Source: Planctomycetota bacterium
Lineage (GTDB): Bacteria; Planctomycetota; PLA2; JAEUHO01
NCBI GenBank assembly: GCA_029259775.1
Contig: JAJDEN010000020.1
Span: forward strand, 78,846-142,845
Reading direction: 5' to 3'
Length of the DNA: 64,000 nt
Shown here: in pieces, positions 28,338-38,509 of the stretch
Position numbering within the stretch: position 1 is the first letter of the stretch
How the letters are laid out: every line of letters begins with the position of its first letter
Made by a program: the position numbers and the translations under genes
Notes under the pieces: model-generated
Databases searched by the model: none
What the model saw: only the letters and a program-made list of their open reading frames with translations
Told to the model about the DNA's origin: nothing

Positions 28338-29207
28338 ATGCACCAGGGCGCATCGGCGGAAATCGGCCTCATCGGCGGCACCGGCCTCTACGACATGCAG
28401 GGTCTCAGCGACGTGCGCGAGATCACGGTCGAGACGCCGTACGGTCCCCCGTCGTCCTCGGTGCGGGTGGGCACCCTCGAGGGGCGCAGCATCGCGTTTC
28501 TCGCGCGCCACGGCGAGGGCCATCGGCTGCTGCCCTCCGAGGTGCCCTACCGCGCCAACGTGTACGCACTCAAGATGCTCGGCGTCTCCAAGGTGCTCGC
28601 CCTGTCCGCCGTGGGCAGCCTCGTCGAGGAACTCCCCCCGCGCGCGCTCGTCGTGCCGGACCAGTTCCTGGATCGCACACGCCACCGTGCGGACACCTTC
28701 TTCGGTGACGGTCTCGTCGCACACGTCTCGATGGCCGAGCCGTTCGCACCGGCGATGCGCCAGGTGTTGCTTGAAGCGGCGCGCGCCGAGGGTCACGAGG
28801 TCCGCGACGGCGGCACGCAGATCTGCATGGAGGGCCCGCAGTTCTCCACGCGCGCGGAGAGCCTGATCTGGAAGGGGCTGGGCTGCCAGGTGATCGGCAT
28901 GACGAGCTTCACCGAAGCCCGGCTGTGCCGCGAGGCGGAGATCGCGTACGCGAACCTCAACATGGTGACGGACTACGACGCGTGGCGTCCCGAGGAGGCC
29001 GGCGTCGACGCCGCCGAGATCATGGCCGTCCTGCGAGACAATGCGCACGTCGGCCAGGCGGTCCTGCGGGCGGCGGTCGCGCGCGTGCCGTCGGAGGCGC
29101 TGCCGGAGAACCGCGTGCTCGACGCGGCCATCATCACGGCCCTGGACAAGGTCCCAGCCCCCACCATCGAGCGCCTGCGGGCCATCTTGAGCCGCCTCCT
29201 CGCCTAG
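28338..29207 (+). CDS. mtnP: S-methyl-5'-thioadenosine phosphorylase
   Basis: IGLIGGTGLYD, LARHGEGHRLLPSEVPYRANVYALKMLGV, VIGMTSFTEARLCREAEIAYANLNMVTDYD. RBS GGGGAG. Confidence 0.85.
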   Translation: MHQGASAEIGLIGGTGLYDMQGLSDVREITVETPYGPPSSSVRVGTLEGRSIAFLARHGEGHRLLPSEVPYRANVYALKMLGVSKVLALSAVGSLVEELPPRALVVPDQFLDRTRHRADTFFGDGLVAHVSMAEPFAPAMRQVLLEAARAEGHEVRDGGTQICMEGPQFSTRAESLIWKGLGCQVIGMTSFTEARLCREAEIAYANLNMVTDYDAWRPEEAGVDAAEIMAVLRDNAHVGQAVLRAAVARVPSEALPENRVLDAAIITALDKVPAPTIERLRAILSRLLA

Positions 29208-29231
29208 CGCTGGCTCACCTCCGGCCCGGAT

Positions 29232-29252
29232 GTTGGCCTTCCGAGGGCCAAC
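29232..29252 (+). terminator. Hairpin GTTGGCC-TTCCGAG-GGCCAAC downstream of mtnP; possible terminator, no T-tract
   Basis: 7-bp inverted repeat read from the sequence. Confidence 0.25.
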
Positions 29253-29270
29253 CGCAACCTCCGTGGGTCC

Positions 29271-31337
29271 ATGAGGTTTATCCTCTTGGCACCCGCCCCG
29301 GAGATCCAGCCTGTGAGCAACCCGACCGCACGCGCGTCCGACTCTCGCCTCAGCCCGCTGCCGGGGAAAGGCCTGCTGCGCCTCTTCGCAGGGGCCATGG
29401 CGCTCCTCGTGGTCATCGCCGGCATCACCGACATCGGCCATGCCCGCGAAGATGGCGTCCGCGACGTCGCGGACTGGCGCCGGGTCGTCGCCGCCGTCGA
29501 CGGCACGATCGAGGCCAAGCTGGCGGAAGAAGGCGTGAAGCCCGCCGCCCGCTCGGGCGACAGCGAGTTCCTGCGCCGCCTCTACCTCGACGTGCTCGGC
29601 ACCGTGCCGACACCCGAGGAAGCCGACGCCTTCCTGAACGACAAGCGCGAGGACAAGCGCGCCCGCAAGATCGACGAGCTCATGGCCTCGGAGACCTTCG
29701 CCGAGAACCAGGCGTCGTTCTGGTTCCGCACCCTGACCGGCTTGAGCGTCCATCAGCAACGCCAGCGCGAGGGCCAGGGCGGCCGCTACGTCACGGGCGA
29801 CGCCGGCCAGAAGTTCCACGAGTGGCTCAGCGGCCAGATCAGCCAGAACCGCCCGTGGAGCGAGATGGCCGAGGACCTGATCTCCGCTACCGGTCGCACC
29901 GACGAGAACGGCGCGGCGGTCTACCTCGCCCGCTGGGAAGGCGAAGTCAACAACACGGCCGGCGCCGTCGCCAAGCACTTCCTCGGCGTCCAGATCCAGT
30001 GTGCCCAGTGCCACGACCACATCTACGAGCCCGACTGGAAGCAGAAGGACTTCGAGGGCATGGCCGCGTTCTTCGCGCTGACATCGGTTCGTCGCGTGCC
30101 CGAATACGGCCAGCTGCGCCAGCTGCGGCGCGCCATGCAAGACATCCAGCAGGGCAAGGCGCCCGGCACCTCCAAGCAGGGCAAGGGTCTCGACCTCCGC
30201 CGCAGGAAGGGCAAGGGCCGCCCCGGCGCCGACATGCCTGGTGAGATGGGCGGTGAGATGGGCGGCGAGATGGGCGGAGGCAACGCGGCCCCGATGACCC
30301 GCTCGGACGTCCAGAAGAAGCTCCGGGACCTCGCCAAGTACCGCAACATCGTCGAGGTCCGCGACGCGGCCGTGAACCCGCGCTACGCCGACCGCATGAT
30401 GCGCCGGCTCAAGAACGCGAAGAACGAGGAGCTGCGCGCCCGCGCGAAGCTCATGTCGACCACGCCCAAGTTCTGGCTGGCCTCGCAGGCGGCCGACTTG
30501 CCGGGCGTGTCGCGCCGCTACCTGCTGGCGCGCTGGGTGACCTCGAACGAGAACCCCTACTTCGCCAAGTCGCTGGTCAACCGCATGTGGGGCCAGTACA
30601 TGGGCCGCGGCATCGTCGATCCCATCGACGACTTCAACAGCTTCCAGGCGCCGTCGCACCCCGAGCTCCTGAAGCTCCTCGCCGAGGACTTCCGCGCGAG
30701 CGGGCACGATCTGCAGCGCCTGCAGAAGATCCTGCTCAACTCCGCGACGTACCAGCGCAGCTCGCGTTGGAGCGCCGAGGAACAGCCGGACCCGGCGCTG
30801 TTCGCGAAGGCGCCGGTTCGCTCGCTCAACACGGAGCAGCTCTACTTCGCCCTCGTCCGTGCCACGGGCATGGAGAAGCGCCTCGATCGCGTCTCACGCC
30901 GCAACGGCCAGGCGATCCAGCGCGCCATCTTCTCGACCTTCACGTTCGTCTTCGATGACGACGAGGGCAAGGCCGAGGAGGACTTCTCCGGCAGCATTCC
31001 GCAGGGCCTGTTCCTCATGAACGGCGAGCTGATCCAGCGCGCCTTGAGCGGCGGCCGCGACCTGCCCTCGGGTGCGTCGGACAGGCAGCGCCGCAACCGC
31101 CGCAACCGCATGCGCAACCGTCCCGCGCAGACCATGCTCGAAGACCTGCTTCGCACGGAGACGAGCGACAGCGCTCGCGTCGATCAGCTCTACGTGCGCG
31201 CCTACGGACGCCACGCCGATGCGGCCGAGCGCCGCGGCGCCGTGAGTTTCGTGAAGTCCAAGGGCGGCGGTGCCGCGGCCTACGAGGACTTCTTCTGGGC
31301 CATCCTCAACTCCGCCGAGTTCATGACGAACCACTAG
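29271..31337 (+). CDS. DUF1549/DUF1553 (PSCyt2/PSD1) domain protein
   Basis: FLRRLYLDVLGTVPTPEEADAF; GVQIQCAQCHDHIYEPDWKQKDFEGMAAFF. Contains a (GEMG)3 micro-repeat. Confidence 0.75.
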   Translation: MRFILLAPAPEIQPVSNPTARASDSRLSPLPGKGLLRLFAGAMALLVVIAGITDIGHAREDGVRDVADWRRVVAAVDGTIEAKLAEEGVKPAARSGDSEFLRRLYLDVLGTVPTPEEADAFLNDKREDKRARKIDELMASETFAENQASFWFRTLTGLSVHQQRQREGQGGRYVTGDAGQKFHEWLSGQISQNRPWSEMAEDLISATGRTDENGAAVYLARWEGEVNNTAGAVAKHFLGVQIQCAQCHDHIYEPDWKQKDFEGMAAFFALTSVRRVPEYGQLRQLRRAMQDIQQGKAPGTSKQGKGLDLRRRKGKGRPGADMPGEMGGEMGGEMGGGNAAPMTRSDVQKKLRDLAKYRNIVEVRDAAVNPRYADRMMRRLKNAKNEELRARAKLMSTTPKFWLASQAADLPGVSRRYLLARWVTSNENPYFAKSLVNRMWGQYMGRGIVDPIDDFNSFQAPSHPELLKLLAEDFRASGHDLQRLQKILLNSATYQRSSRWSAEEQPDPALFAKAPVRSLNTEQLYFALVRATGMEKRLDRVSRRNGQAIQRAIFSTFTFVFDDDEGKAEEDFSGSIPQGLFLMNGELIQRALSGGRDLPSGASDRQRRNRRNRMRNRPAQTMLEDLLRTETSDSARVDQLYVRAYGRHADAAERRGAVSFVKSKGGGAAAYEDFFWAILNSAEFMTNH

Positions 31338-31394
31338 TCGGCCGCCACGAGACCAACCCGCCAGCCCCCGTTCTGCATCCTTCAGGAGTCCGTC

Positions 31395-32768
31395 ATGTGC
31401 AAGCAATGTGACAACGCCACGCCCGCCCCCGTCTCGCGCCGCAACGTCCTGCGCTACAGCGCGGGCGCGATGGCCGCCGCCGGTGTGCTCGCGACGCCCT
31501 TCCGCCACGTCTTCGCGGAGGAAGGCACGGATCAGGTAGACAAGGCCATCGCGAACCGAGGCAAGGCCAAGCAGGTCATCGTGCTCTACATGAGCGGCGG
31601 CGCGAGCCACCTCGATACGTTCGATCCGAAGCCGGGTGCCGCCACGCAGGGCGACACGCGTGCGATCGACACCAACGTGACGGGCGTCAAGATCGCGAAG
31701 ACATTGCCCCAGATCGCCAAGCACATGAACGACATCGCGCTGATCCGCGGCATGTCCAGCAAGGAAGGCAACCACGAGCGTGCGCGCTACTTGATGCACA
31801 CCGGCTACCCGCCGACGCCGACCGTGGTCCACGCGGGCCTCGGCTCGATCGTCTCGCACGAGATGGGCGTCAAGACGGCCGAGCTGCCCGAGTACATCGC
31901 CATCAACGGCCCGGGCGCACGTCCCGGCTACCTCGGTGTGCACCACGCCCCCTTCGCGATCCAGGTCCGTGCCCCCGAGGGCGGCTCGGACGAGCGCGGT
32001 CGCCGCCAGCGGCCCGGCCAGAAGACGGGCGGCGCCGTCGTGCAGAACCTCACGCTGCCCAAGGGCGTCACGAAGGAGCGTCGCGACGAGCGCGTCGGCT
32101 TCCTCGAGAAGCTCAACCAGCGCTTCAGCAAGGACCGTACGAAGAGCGTCGGCGAGGCGCAGCAGGCCATGTTCGAGCGCGCCCGGCGCCTGATGGACTC
32201 GCCCAAGAACACCGCCTTCGATCTCAAGAGCGAGAAGGCCTCCACGATTGCGCGCTACGGCAAGACGCGCTTCGGCATGGGCTGCCTCATGGCCCGCCGG
32301 CTCATCGACGAGGGCGTCAAGTGCGTCGAGGTCCTCATGGGCGGCTGGGACACGCACGACGACGGATTCAACAAGGTCCGTGGACTCAACGCACAGCTCG
32401 ACCCGGCCGTCGCCGCGCTGATGGACGACCTCAAGTCGTCCGGCAAGTTCGACGAGACGCTCATCGTGTGGGTTGGCGACTTCGGTCGCACGCCGCGCAT
32501 CGACACGGGGCGTAACGGCCGCGGTCACTACCCGCGCGCCTGGTCGGCGTGGCTCGCCGGCGGCGGCGTCCAGGGCGGCCGCGTGATCGGCAAGACCGAC
32601 GCGAAGGCCGAGACGGTCGTCGACGGCGCAGTGAAGCCCGAGGACTTCTACGCCTCGATCATGCACGCCACCGGCATCGATGCGTCGAAGACCTTCTACA
32701 CAGGCCAGGGTCGGCCGATCCAGATCGTCTACAAGGACGGCCGCGTCGTGAAGTCGCTGTTCGCCTGA
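31395..32768 (+). CDS. DUF1501 domain protein (sulfatase-like, Tat signal)
   Basis: RBS AGGAG. Twin-arginine-like leader SRRNVLRYSAGAMAAAGVLA. Canonical partner of DUF1549/DUF1553. Confidence 0.8.
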   Translation: MCKQCDNATPAPVSRRNVLRYSAGAMAAAGVLATPFRHVFAEEGTDQVDKAIANRGKAKQVIVLYMSGGASHLDTFDPKPGAATQGDTRAIDTNVTGVKIAKTLPQIAKHMNDIALIRGMSSKEGNHERARYLMHTGYPPTPTVVHAGLGSIVSHEMGVKTAELPEYIAINGPGARPGYLGVHHAPFAIQVRAPEGGSDERGRRQRPGQKTGGAVVQNLTLPKGVTKERRDERVGFLEKLNQRFSKDRTKSVGEAQQAMFERARRLMDSPKNTAFDLKSEKASTIARYGKTRFGMGCLMARRLIDEGVKCVEVLMGGWDTHDDGFNKVRGLNAQLDPAVAALMDDLKSSGKFDETLIVWVGDFGRTPRIDTGRNGRGHYPRAWSAWLAGGGVQGGRVIGKTDAKAETVVDGAVKPEDFYASIMHATGIDASKTFYTGQGRPIQIVYKDGRVVKSLFA

Positions 32769-32841
32769 TCTGAGCGCGAAGCGCTCAGATCAACGGGCCC
32801 ACGCTACGCGCATCCTGCTCGCGAAGCTCGCAGGATGGCGC

Positions 32842-33282
32842 CTAGTCGTCGCGGGACGGCGGGCGGCGGCCGCGCTTCGTGTCCCCTCGGCGCCGCTTGC
32901 CCTCGATCCGGCGCCTCTGCGACGCACGCGTCGGCTTCGTCTTGCGCCGCTTGCGCTGCCGCACGAGCGCTTCACGCAGCAGCGCGGCGAAGCGCTCGAT
33001 CGCGTCGTCCACGTTGCGGGACTGCTCACGGTGGCGCTCGCTCGTCACGAGCAACTCCCCCTCCTCGGTGAGACGCGGGGCGAGCTTCTCTTCGAGCCGT
33101 GCGCGATCCTCGTCGCTCAGCGACGGAGACGCCCGCAACCCCCAGCGCAGCAGCACCTTGCTCGAGGTCTTGTTCACATGCTGGCCGCCGGGGCCGCCCG
33201 AGCGGGCATAGGACAACTCCACCTCGTGCGCGGGGATGCGCAGGCGCTCGTTGATCTCGATGAGGGCGGGCAGGCGAGCCAT
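32842..33282 (-). CDS. arfB: Peptidyl-tRNA hydrolase ArfB (alternative ribosome-rescue factor B)
   Basis: GGQ motif in SGGPGGQHVNKTSSKV. Basic C-terminal tail. 146 aa. Confidence 0.75.
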   Translation of the reverse strand: MARLPALIEINERLRIPAHEVELSYARSGGPGGQHVNKTSSKVLLRWGLRASPSLSDEDRARLEEKLAPRLTEEGELLVTSERHREQSRNVDDAIERFAALLREALVRQRKRRKTKPTRASQRRRIEGKRRRGDTKRGRRPPSRDD

Positions 33283-33360
33283 GCCCCCCATTCTGCCGTG
33301 GGGAGGCGCGCTGTGCCGCGCGACGTCCTGCAGGCGGAGCTCCTGGGGTAGGCTCCCCGC

Positions 33361-34110
33361 ATGCAGGTAGAGGTCACCCCCGAACGAGGCAAGGCCCGGC
33401 GCAGGCTGCGCCGCGCCGGCGCGACGGTGCTCTACGAAGACAACCACCTGATCGGCCTCAGCAAGAGCGCCGGGCTGCTCTCCCAGGGCGGGCCGAAGGG
33501 CGTCATCTCGCTGCCCGAGCTGCTCGACGCCTACCGGGGCGAGGCCGAGGGCAAGCCGGGCCGCGCCTACATCGGCCTCGTCCAGCGCCTCGACCGCAAC
33601 GTCTCGGGTGTGATGATCGTCGCCAAGACCTCCAAGGCCGCCGGTCGCCTCTCGAAGCTCTTCCGCGATCGATCGCCGGAGCTGAAGAAGACCTACCTCG
33701 CGTGGGTCGAGAGGGTCCCCGAGGAGGATCACGCCGAGCTGGTGCACGTGCTCCGGCGCGATAGCGGCATCACGCGCATCGCCGCTCCAGGCGACGACGA
33801 CGGGCGCGAGGCACGGCTCAGCTACGACGTGGTCGCGCGCGGCCATCGCGCCGCGCGGCTGCAGATCGCGCTGGGCACGGGCCTGCCGCACCAGATCCGG
33901 TGCCAGCTGGCGTTCGTCGGGCATCCCATCCTGGGCGACCTGAAGTACGGCGGCGAGCCCGCGAAGCGGCCTGCGCTGCACGCGTACCGGCTCGAGTTCC
34001 CGCATCCCATCGGAGGCAAGATCCTCACGGTGGAGGCGCCGATTCCGACCGATCTCGTGAAGATCGATGTACGCCGGCTGTTGCGGCCGCTCGCCCAGCC
34101 CCCGTCGTAG
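33361..34110 (+). CDS. RluA family pseudouridine synthase
   Basis: YIGLVQRLDRNVSGVMIVAKT (catalytic Asp block); GLPHQIRCQLAFVGHPILGD. Confidence 0.8.
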   Translation: MQVEVTPERGKARRRLRRAGATVLYEDNHLIGLSKSAGLLSQGGPKGVISLPELLDAYRGEAEGKPGRAYIGLVQRLDRNVSGVMIVAKTSKAAGRLSKLFRDRSPELKKTYLAWVERVPEEDHAELVHVLRRDSGITRIAAPGDDDGREARLSYDVVARGHRAARLQIALGTGLPHQIRCQLAFVGHPILGDLKYGGEPAKRPALHAYRLEFPHPIGGKILTVEAPIPTDLVKIDVRRLLRPLAQPPS

Positions 34111-34123
34111 GTACGCTGCCGGT

Positions 34124-34948
34124 ATGACGATCCATGTGCACGTCCTGGGTACGGCGCAAGACGGCGGCTTCCCGCATGCGGGCTGTGCGTGCGCCCACTG
34201 CGAGCACGCGCGCGAGAACCCGCTGCTCCGCCGCAAGGTGTCCTGCATCGCCGTCGTGGGCGAGACGGGCAAGTGCTTGGTGGTCGATGCCACACCGGAC
34301 TTCGCCACGCAGCTCGCAGACCTCGCCAAGGCGTCGGGGCGCGAGACGGTCGGCCTCGAGGCCCTCATCCTCACGCACGCCCACATCGGCCACTACCTGG
34401 GCCTGGCCATGCTCGGCAAGGAAGCGATGAGCGCGCAGGGCGTGCCGGTGCACTGCACTGCGAGCATGCGGCGCTTCCTCGAGCAGAACCGCCCGTGGTC
34501 GCATCTGATCGACCGCGACGAGATCCGCATCGAACCTCTCGGACCCGGCGAGATGCTCTCGTTCGACGGCGCCGAGATCCACCCCTTCCTCACGCCGCAT
34601 CGCGGCGAAGACACCGACACGATCGGCGTCGAGATCCGCGGCCCGTCGCGCACGCTCATCTACGTCTCGGACGCCGATGTGTTCCCGCCGGCCCTGGCCG
34701 CGCGCATCGAGGACGCCGATGTCGCGCTCATCGACGGCACGTTCTACGCCCGCGACGAGCTCCCCCACCGCGAGATCCTCGAGGTGCGCCATCCCTTCGT
34801 GACCGAGAGCGTCGAACGCTTCGCCAACGCGCGCGGCGACGTGTATTTCATCCACCTCAACCACACGAACGCGCTGCTGTCGCCCGAGCCGCCTGCCCTG
34901 CCCGACGGGTTCCGCGTGGCGCGCGAGGGCGACGCCTTCGCGCTCTAG
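34124..34948 (+). CDS. PqqB-like MBL-fold metallo-hydrolase
   Basis: MTIHVHVLGTAQDGGFPHAGCAC...LILTHAHIGHYLGL. Confidence 0.65.
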   Translation: MTIHVHVLGTAQDGGFPHAGCACAHCEHARENPLLRRKVSCIAVVGETGKCLVVDATPDFATQLADLAKASGRETVGLEALILTHAHIGHYLGLAMLGKEAMSAQGVPVHCTASMRRFLEQNRPWSHLIDRDEIRIEPLGPGEMLSFDGAEIHPFLTPHRGEDTDTIGVEIRGPSRTLIYVSDADVFPPALAARIEDADVALIDGTFYARDELPHREILEVRHPFVTESVERFANARGDVYFIHLNHTNALLSPEPPALPDGFRVAREGDAFAL

Positions 34949-35907
34949 ACGCTGTCTTCCGGCAGGAAGGGATGCGGATCGGCATGCACGTGCACCTGCG
35001 CGCCAGGCAGGGCAGCCTCCACGGCCTTGGCGACGCGATCCGAGAGCAAGTGCGCTTCGGGGAAGCTGAGCTCGCGATCGAAGGCGACGTGCATCTCGAT
35101 GAAGATGTCGGGGCCGGACTTGCGCGTGCGCAGGTTATGGACGTCGAAGGCCTCGGGCACCTGCTCGGCGATCGTGGCCCGGATCCGGTCGATCTGTTCG
35201 GTCGAGAGGCTCGCATCCATCAGCTCGCGCGCTGAGCTGCGCAGCACGCGGAACGCGGTCCACAGCACGATGAGCGCCACGGCGCACGACACCGCGCCGT
35301 CCACCCAGTGCCAACCCGTCGCCTTCACGATGAGCAGGGACGCGAGCACGCCGAGGTTCATCCACACGTCGGACGTGTAGTGCGCGGCATCGGCCTGCAG
35401 CGCGACCGAGCCCGTCCGTCGGCCCGTGCGCAACAGGAGCCAGCCGATCCAGGCACTGGCGACGAGCGAGAGCAGCATCACGCCGATGCCCACCTCGCCG
35501 TGGGCCAGCTCGTAGCCGCCTTGGATGAGCCGGTTCGCGCCGCCGACACCGAGGTAGAGGCCGACGAAGAGGATCAGCAGCCCCTGGCCGAGCCCCGCGA
35601 TGCCCTCCGCCTTGCCGTGGCCGTACCGATGCTCGTCGTCCGCAGGCTGCCCGGCGACACGCACCGCGAAGAAGTTCACGCTCGAGGCGATCACATCCAT
35701 CACGGAATCGGTCAGAGCGGCGGCGACCGCCAGCGAGCCGGTCATGACGACCGCCGCCAGCTTGGCCAGCGCCAGCACCGTCGCCGTGATGACGCTCAGC
35801 CGCGCGACCCGCAGATTCGTCGCAGCGCACTCGTCACGGCCGAGCCCCGCGGGCTCGTCACCAGGCGGGTGAGGCCTATTCGGGGGATGACTGTGATGCA
35901 GGCCCAT
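34945..35907 (-). CDS. Cation diffusion facilitator (CDF) family metal exporter
   Basis: TM domain with DSVMDVIAS and HYTSDVWMNLGV. C-terminal cytoplasmic domain. 3' end overlaps the convergent gene by 4 nt. Confidence 0.8.
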   Translation of the reverse strand: MGLHHSHPPNRPHPPGDEPAGLGRDECAATNLRVARLSVITATVLALAKLAAVVMTGSLAVAAALTDSVMDVIASSVNFFAVRVAGQPADDEHRYGHGKAEGIAGLGQGLLILFVGLYLGVGGANRLIQGGYELAHGEVGIGVMLLSLVASAWIGWLLLRTGRRTGSVALQADAAHYTSDVWMNLGVLASLLIVKATGWHWVDGAVSCAVALIVLWTAFRVLRSSARELMDASLSTEQIDRIRATIAEQVPEAFDVHNLRTRKSGPDIFIEMHVAFDRELSFPEAHLLSDRVAKAVEAALPGAQVHVHADPHPFLPEDSV

Positions 35908-38509
35908 CTACGCTCTCTGGCTCTGATGACCAACGCGCCTCGAGCTTCTCCATGCGCCCGATCAGCGTCGCGTTCTGCTTGCGTAGCTTCTCCAGGTCGT
36001 CCGACATGCGCGCGACCTCGGGTGCGCGGCCACCGGCCTTGCCCAGCCGCAGGGACGCGGCCTTCGCCTCGCGGCGCACGCGGCCGTCCGGATGGCGCGC
36101 GGGCGCGCCGGCCAGGATGCCGACGCCGCGAGGATCGCCGATGGCTCGCAGGGCCGCAGCCGCGGAGATCACGATGCGGAGGTCGGACTCCTCGCTGCGA
36201 TCGGCGAGGGTCTCGAGGATCGGCTCCCGAAGGGCCATGCGCTGGCCGACCGCACCCAGCGCGCGGATCGCCGCGGCGCGCAGGCGCGGATGCCGGCCGT
36301 AGGCGCTGGCGCTCGTGATGGCGTCGACCACGTCCTCGCTGCCCAGCGCGGCGAGGCCCTGCACGCAGCCGATCCGAATCGCCTCGGCCCAGGCGTCCTT
36401 GCTCTCGAGAGCGGCGAGCAGCGCCGCCTTGGCACCCGCAGCACGCGTGCGGCCGAGCGCCGTCGCGGCCGCGGCCTCGACGAACTGCGACGCATCGCCG
36501 TTCTCCAAGACGCCGGCGAGCGCCGCGCCGGCGACGTCGTCGTGTCGGAACGCGCCGAGCGCGATCACCAGGCCCTTGCGGGACTTCGGATCCTCGCACG
36601 TGCCCAGCGCAGCAATGAGCGCGTCCCGCGCAGCCATCGTGCGCATGCCGGAGAGAGCCTTGGCGCACTCCGCGGCCAGCCCGTGGAAGGCGGTCGGAAG
36701 CTCGGCGGCGAGCGCCGCGACGTTCTCGGGTGTCGGCTCCTCCGTGAGCGCGTGCGCCGCGCGGATGCGGGCCGCCAGCGGCGCGTCGCTTGCGAGCGTC
36801 GCACGGCTGGCCTTCGCCGGCTGCTCGAGCTTGATCACGGCCAAGAGGTCGCCGTCGGGATCGACCTCGACGCGCGCCGGCTCGTTCTCGAGCGCCACAT
36901 GGAACGTGTGGTCGCGCCGGGTCATGGGGAAGCTGTTCTCGCAGCGCGTGCCGTCCTGCGCCGTGACGTGCACGTCCACGTTCGCGCGGAAGACGTCGAC
37001 CATCTCGTCTCCGGTCTTCTGGGTCTGCGTCACGGTGACCGCCAGGAGCTTCGTCGCGGCGTCCCAGGCGTAGGACACCGTGAGCTCCGGATGGCCGGCG
37101 TGATAGACCCACTGGTCCAGGAACCAGTCGAGATTCCGTCCCGTGGCCGCCTCGATGGCGACCCGCAGATCCTCGGTGACGACGCTCCCGCCCCGGTTCA
37201 GCTCGGCGTAGGTCGTGATGGCGCGCCAGAACGCGTCCTCACCGAGCTCCCTGCGCAGCATGTGCAGCACGCAGCTGCCCTTCTCGTAGAGGTGGTGATC
37301 GAAGAGGTCGATCGGCTCCTCGAAGCGGCGATCGACGATCGCGCGGCGGTACTCGCCGGCGTCCTCGGTCCGGTAGTTGGCAGCCTGCTGGAAGCGCTCC
37401 CACGCCGCGGAATCCGGGCCCTCGGCATGCTCCTTCCAGACGACCTGCGTCCACGTGGCAAAGCCCTCGTTGAGCCAGGCGTGCGGCCACTCGCGGCACG
37501 TGAGCAGATCCCCCCACCACTGGTGGGCAAGCTCGTGAGCGATGAGGTCATCGAGGTCGAAGTCGAGCGCGGCCCGGTCGTCGTAGAGCACGAGATCGAT
37601 CAGCGTGGTCGCCGACGTGTTCTCCATGCCGCCGAAGATGAAGTCCTCGACGACGACCTGCGCGTACTTCTCGTAGGGGTAGGGCACGCCGAAGCGCTCG
37701 CTGAGATGCTTGACCATCTCGGCGGTACGACCGAAGGCGCGCTCGGCGATGGCGCGCCGGCCCTTGGGCACGTAGGCCGTGAGCGGGACGGGGTCGTCGC
37801 CGAGGACCAGCTCCTCGAACGCACCGACGCACAGTGTGACGAGGTAGGCACTGTGCTCGGCCTCCTGCGACCAATGCCACGTGACCGTGCCGTCGGCGTG
37901 CGTCGTCTTGCCCTGCAGCGCGCCGTTGCTGACGGCCGTGTACTTGGCGGGCACGCGCGCGAGGACCTCACTGGAGAACTTCTCCGTGGGATGGTCGAAC
38001 CCCGGAAACCAGTACCGGCTGTCCTCATCCTGGCCCTGGGTCCAGACCTGGTACGCCTTGTCGGGGTAGCCGGCGTCCGGATGGATGAAGTAGATGCCCC
38101 GGCGCGGGGTGCCGCTGTAGCGGACCGTGACCGTTCCGGACTCGTCGAACGCGAGCGCGTGCCGCAGGTCGATGTAGAGGTCTTCGCCATCCTGGCGGAA
38201 GGTGAGTTCGGCCCCGCTCTCGTCGCTGGCGCCCTCGATGGCCAACTCCCCCGCATGCAGGTGGAGGCGGGCCATGTCGTCGGACAGCGACGTGAAGTCG
38301 TGCGTGACGCTGCCCTCGATCGCGATGACCTCAGGGTCGAGCGCGATCTCGATGCGCGTGTGCCGGATGTCGGCGCTGCGGTCGGGCGCGTAGCGCCGCT
38401 CGGTGCCGGGGAACACGAACGGCTCGCGTCCACCCCCACCGGCGCTCATGCGGCGACGGCCGCAGCCAAACTCGAGGTGTCCGTAGGCGGCCATGAGCGT
38501 CTCCGTCAC
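35876..38509 (-). CDS. pepN: Aminopeptidase N (M1 family zinc metallopeptidase) with C-terminal HEAT-like repeats
   Basis: HELAHQWWGDL (HEXXH), WLNEGFATW. ATG overlaps the stop of the upstream ZIP gene (ATGA). Confidence 0.85.
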   Translation of the reverse strand: MTETLMAAYGHLEFGCGRRRMSAGGGGREPFVFPGTERRYAPDRSADIRHTRIEIALDPEVIAIEGSVTHDFTSLSDDMARLHLHAGELAIEGASDESGAELTFRQDGEDLYIDLRHALAFDESGTVTVRYSGTPRRGIYFIHPDAGYPDKAYQVWTQGQDEDSRYWFPGFDHPTEKFSSEVLARVPAKYTAVSNGALQGKTTHADGTVTWHWSQEAEHSAYLVTLCVGAFEELVLGDDPVPLTAYVPKGRRAIAERAFGRTAEMVKHLSERFGVPYPYEKYAQVVVEDFIFGGMENTSATTLIDLVLYDDRAALDFDLDDLIAHELAHQWWGDLLTCREWPHAWLNEGFATWTQVVWKEHAEGPDSAAWERFQQAANYRTEDAGEYRRAIVDRRFEEPIDLFDHHLYEKGSCVLHMLRRELGEDAFWRAITTYAELNRGGSVVTEDLRVAIEAATGRNLDWFLDQWVYHAGHPELTVSYAWDAATKLLAVTVTQTQKTGDEMVDVFRANVDVHVTAQDGTRCENSFPMTRRDHTFHVALENEPARVEVDPDGDLLAVIKLEQPAKASRATLASDAPLAARIRAAHALTEEPTPENVAALAAELPTAFHGLAAECAKALSGMRTMAARDALIAALGTCEDPKSRKGLVIALGAFRHDDVAGAALAGVLENGDASQFVEAAAATALGRTRAAGAKAALLAALESKDAWAEAIRIGCVQGLAALGSEDVVDAITSASAYGRHPRLRAAAIRALGAVGQRMALREPILETLADRSEESDLRIVISAAAALRAIGDPRGVGILAGAPARHPDGRVRREAKAASLRLGKAGGRAPEVARMSDDLEKLRKQNATLIGRMEKLEARWSSEPESVDGPASQSSPE

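Noticed and set aside
28320-30707. 795-aa minus-strand ORF
   Set aside because: Antisense to mtnP and the DUF1549/1553 gene, both with clear motifs.
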